Source: Octopus vulgaris
Taxonomy: Eukaryota
DNA: 64,000 nt
Assembly (NCBI GenBank): GCA_951406725.2
Contig: OX597818.1
Coordinates: forward strand, 108,686,001-108,750,000
Direction: 5' to 3'
Below the pieces are notes generated by a model. It did not search any database. It saw only the letters and a list, made by a program, of their open reading frames with translations, and was not told the origin of the DNA. Of this stretch, positions 62,420 to 64,000 are shown one piece after another (positions within the stretch are counted from its first letter, which is position 1; every line of letters begins with the position of its first letter). The translations under genes and the position numbers were made by a program.

Positions 62420-63810
62420 CTAGGGATATCAACCATAGATATGATCTTCACACAGTAACAGTTACAGGAAAAAGCAGTGGACCAACACTGACCTCTCTTC
62501 ATGATGATTTTGGACTTCTCTAAGGCATTTGACACGGTGGTCTGAGAATCTCTTTGGAAAGTGCTGGAGGCTTATGGATGTCCTGAAAAGCTTCTTAACA
62601 TCAATGAGCAGTTCCATATAGGAATGAAGAGAAGTTTAGTGAACCGTTTGCAGTCAACCACAATGTGGAGCCAGGGCATCCAGCAACAGGACCTCCGTAA
62701 TGCCATGATGGACCGTGAAGTCTGGCGTAGCATGGTAAATTCCATTGTCTCGACCACGGTCGAACAATGATGATGATGATGTGTGCTTGCTCTCATACTC
62801 TATTTACCTTGCAGCTGTGCTTGATGCCATGAGGGTCAGTCTGCACAAGGGGGTTTTAATCTACACTAAAACAGATGGGAAGCTCTTCAACTTAGCCTAT
62901 CTTGATGCCACCACTAGAGTCAGGGAAATGCGTGTCAGGGATTTACTCTATGCAGACAACTCAGCTCTTGTGGCCAGTAGTGTTGAGGACAAGTAACATG
63001 TTGTGGATCAGTTTTCTTATTCAGCAGGCATGTTTGGTCTTAATCAACACTTCAAAGACTAAACTGCTCCACCAGCTTCCACCAAGATGTCCTAGTAGAC
63101 TGAGAGAGCCCAAGTCAGTGACAGTACATGGAGAGGCCTCAATGTATACTGAAACCTTTACCTATCTGGGTAGCAGAGAGACTTGTACTCACTCTTCTGA
63201 CCTTGAAGCTGAGAGGCAAATACAGTCTGCCACTAAGGGCTCTGGTTCTCTTGCAAAGCATCTATGGAGCTCCCATGATGTTGCCTGCAACACAGTGCTC
63301 CCTTACTTCCTTTATGCCACAGAATGCATGGCCCTCTACTACAGCAACATCAAGGCCCTGATACAAATCCAACTTCATCATCTGCACTCCAGCTTCATAT
63401 CAGGTGGTGGGATCACATTTTTGATGTAAAGGTTCTGTGCCACACTAACTCTGTTAGTGTGGAAGTACTCATTACCTCATTGCAGCAGGGCAGGGCTTGT
63501 TTGCAAGATGGAGGGTGGTAGGTTACCAAAGGCAGTTTTCTATGTTGTGCTATTTTGGGGCAGGAATAACTATGGTGGCCAGAGGTTGTGATGCAGAGAT
63601 GTGCTGAAGAGACACATGAAGAACTCTGACATCTCCCCAGACTCTTGGGAAGAGAAGGCCCTGTGGCATGAGGATTGGCACCAACTGCTGAAGCTCGTGA
63701 TTCCATCCATTGAGGAGAAGCAACAGAGAAAATATGAAAGAGCACATGAAAGGGTCACTTCTCTGTTGCATCAAGTAGCTTCACCTGATGCAGATCAAGA
63801 GCAGGCCTTG
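62420..63810 (+). mobile_element. Degenerate RTE/BovB-like LINE with a short RTE 3' end inserted at ~62625-62781
   Basis: DMIFT..QEK; DFSKAFDTV; YGCPEK; DLLYADNSALVA; FTYLGS. The insert ends DREVWRSMVNSIVSTTVEQ-(TGA)n. Confidence 0.85.
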
Positions 63811-64000
63811 TAGCCCTCATGTGAGCCTGCCGCAGATAATTTCTGAACAAGAATAGCCAACATTGACCTACCAATGAGAGTATAAACAAAACACATACAG
63901 CAAATATGTGACATCAATAATGTTTATATATATATACACGAAGGCGTGTATCAGCTGGGACTCTTGTCGATGAAACTGACGGAGTTCTCCTCCTTTATAT

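Overview
AT-rich, microsatellite-dense eukaryotic DNA. It is most likely intronic or intergenic sequence of a coleoid cephalopod (Octopus-like); this is an inference from the SINE/LINE repertoire, not a database result. Most of the window is transposon debris: RTE-clade LINE fragments, two R4/Dong-type LINEs, a fragmented Penelope-like element (RT plus GIY-YIG), mariner relics, Helitron/Helentron-like pieces, MITEs and at least three tRNA-derived SINE families. No host gene can be named; only short, low-confidence candidate exons are visible on both strands. Most interesting signals: (1) a four-copy element carrying a minimal type I hammerhead ribozyme motif, tRNA-headed in two copies; (2) in those two copies an exactly 73-bp Pol III promoter cassette lies in opposite orientations between ~16-bp inverted repeats; (3) the element's (TAA)n tract is twice joined to an R4/Dong 3' end; (4) a ~430-bp palindrome with a hammerhead motif on each strand; (5) a nine-unit ~178-bp satellite built from a SINE head; (6) a tandemly repeated compact H-type pseudoknot motif in RTE 3' UTRs. 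Boundaries of degenerate elements are approximate (read by eye).
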